Positions 63,716-64,000 of a DNA stretch of 64,000 nucleotides are shown here, in pieces. Source of the DNA: an uncultured Pseudoalteromonadaceae bacterium (lineage in GTDB: Bacteria > Pseudomonadota > Gammaproteobacteria > Enterobacterales > Alteromonadaceae); contig CAZVDU010000005.1 of the NCBI GenBank assembly GCA_964625615.1, positions 2,103 through 66,102 on the forward strand, given 5' to 3'. Below the pieces are notes generated by a model, which saw nothing but the letters and a program-made list of their open reading frames with translations, did not search any database and had not been told where the DNA came from. The position numbers and the translations under genes were made by a program. Position 1 is the first letter of the stretch, and every line of letters starts with the position of its first letter.

Positions 63716-64000
63716 ATGACATTGAACAAAAGCAATTTAACCGCTTACCACAAAGAACAGACAGCCGATCTTGGCAATGTAAAGCTCACATACGATAGCT
63801 TCGGTGATAAGTCTGATCCCCCCATGCTATTGATTATGGGATTGGGTATGCAGCTTATCAATTGGGATGATATTTTTTGTAGCGAGCTAGCTAACCGCGG
63901 TTTCTGGGTTATTCGTTTCGACAATAGGGATGCTGGAAACAGCACAAAATTCACAAAAAAAGTAGGTTTGATTGATTTACTTTGGGCAACTGTCAATCCT
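63716..64000 (+). CDS. Alpha/beta hydrolase, N-terminal part (runs off the window end)
   Basis: Manual translation: ...YDSFGDKSDPPMLLIMGLGMQLINW...FWVIRFDNRDAGNS. Confidence 0.9.
   Translation, partial: MTLNKSNLTAYHKEQTADLGNVKLTYDSFGDKSDPPMLLIMGLGMQLINWDDIFCSELANRGFWVIRFDNRDAGNSTKFTKKVGLIDLLWATVNP

Noticed and set aside
63745-63996. 83-aa minus-strand ORF
   Set aside because: Antisense to the partial alpha/beta hydrolase.

Overview
A 64-kb core-chromosome segment of a marine gammaproteobacterium. Gene order and protein style point to Alteromonadaceae (inferred, not database-checked). It contains a polar flagellar cluster (two flagellins, flgB-L, cheVR, flgAMN, flgP, flgT), tRNA-Arg(CCT), smrA, purL, mltF, tadA, guaBA, xseA, the ndk-rlmN-pilW-rodZ-ispG-hisS-yfgM-bamB-der run, ung, thrABC, several accessory genes, a 983-aa lipoprotein, acnB and an HDOD protein. 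I found no mobile elements, prophage or CRISPR arrays. The most unusual signals are: (1) flagellar proteins exported beyond the outer membrane (flagellin, FlgK, FlgL, FlgE, FlgD, FlgM; 2196 aa) have only 3 Lys and no internal Met, with K>R, Y>F and M>L swaps at normally conserved positions, while periplasmic and cytoplasmic neighbours are ordinary; the large lipoprotein is also Lys-free after its signal peptide; (2) thrABC carries tandem MetJ boxes and a Met-rich attenuator leader; (3) a sigmaE-type promoter precedes a candidate sRNA downstream of purL; (4) an orphan small membrane-protein gene has a sigma54 promoter with paired PspF-like enhancer sites.
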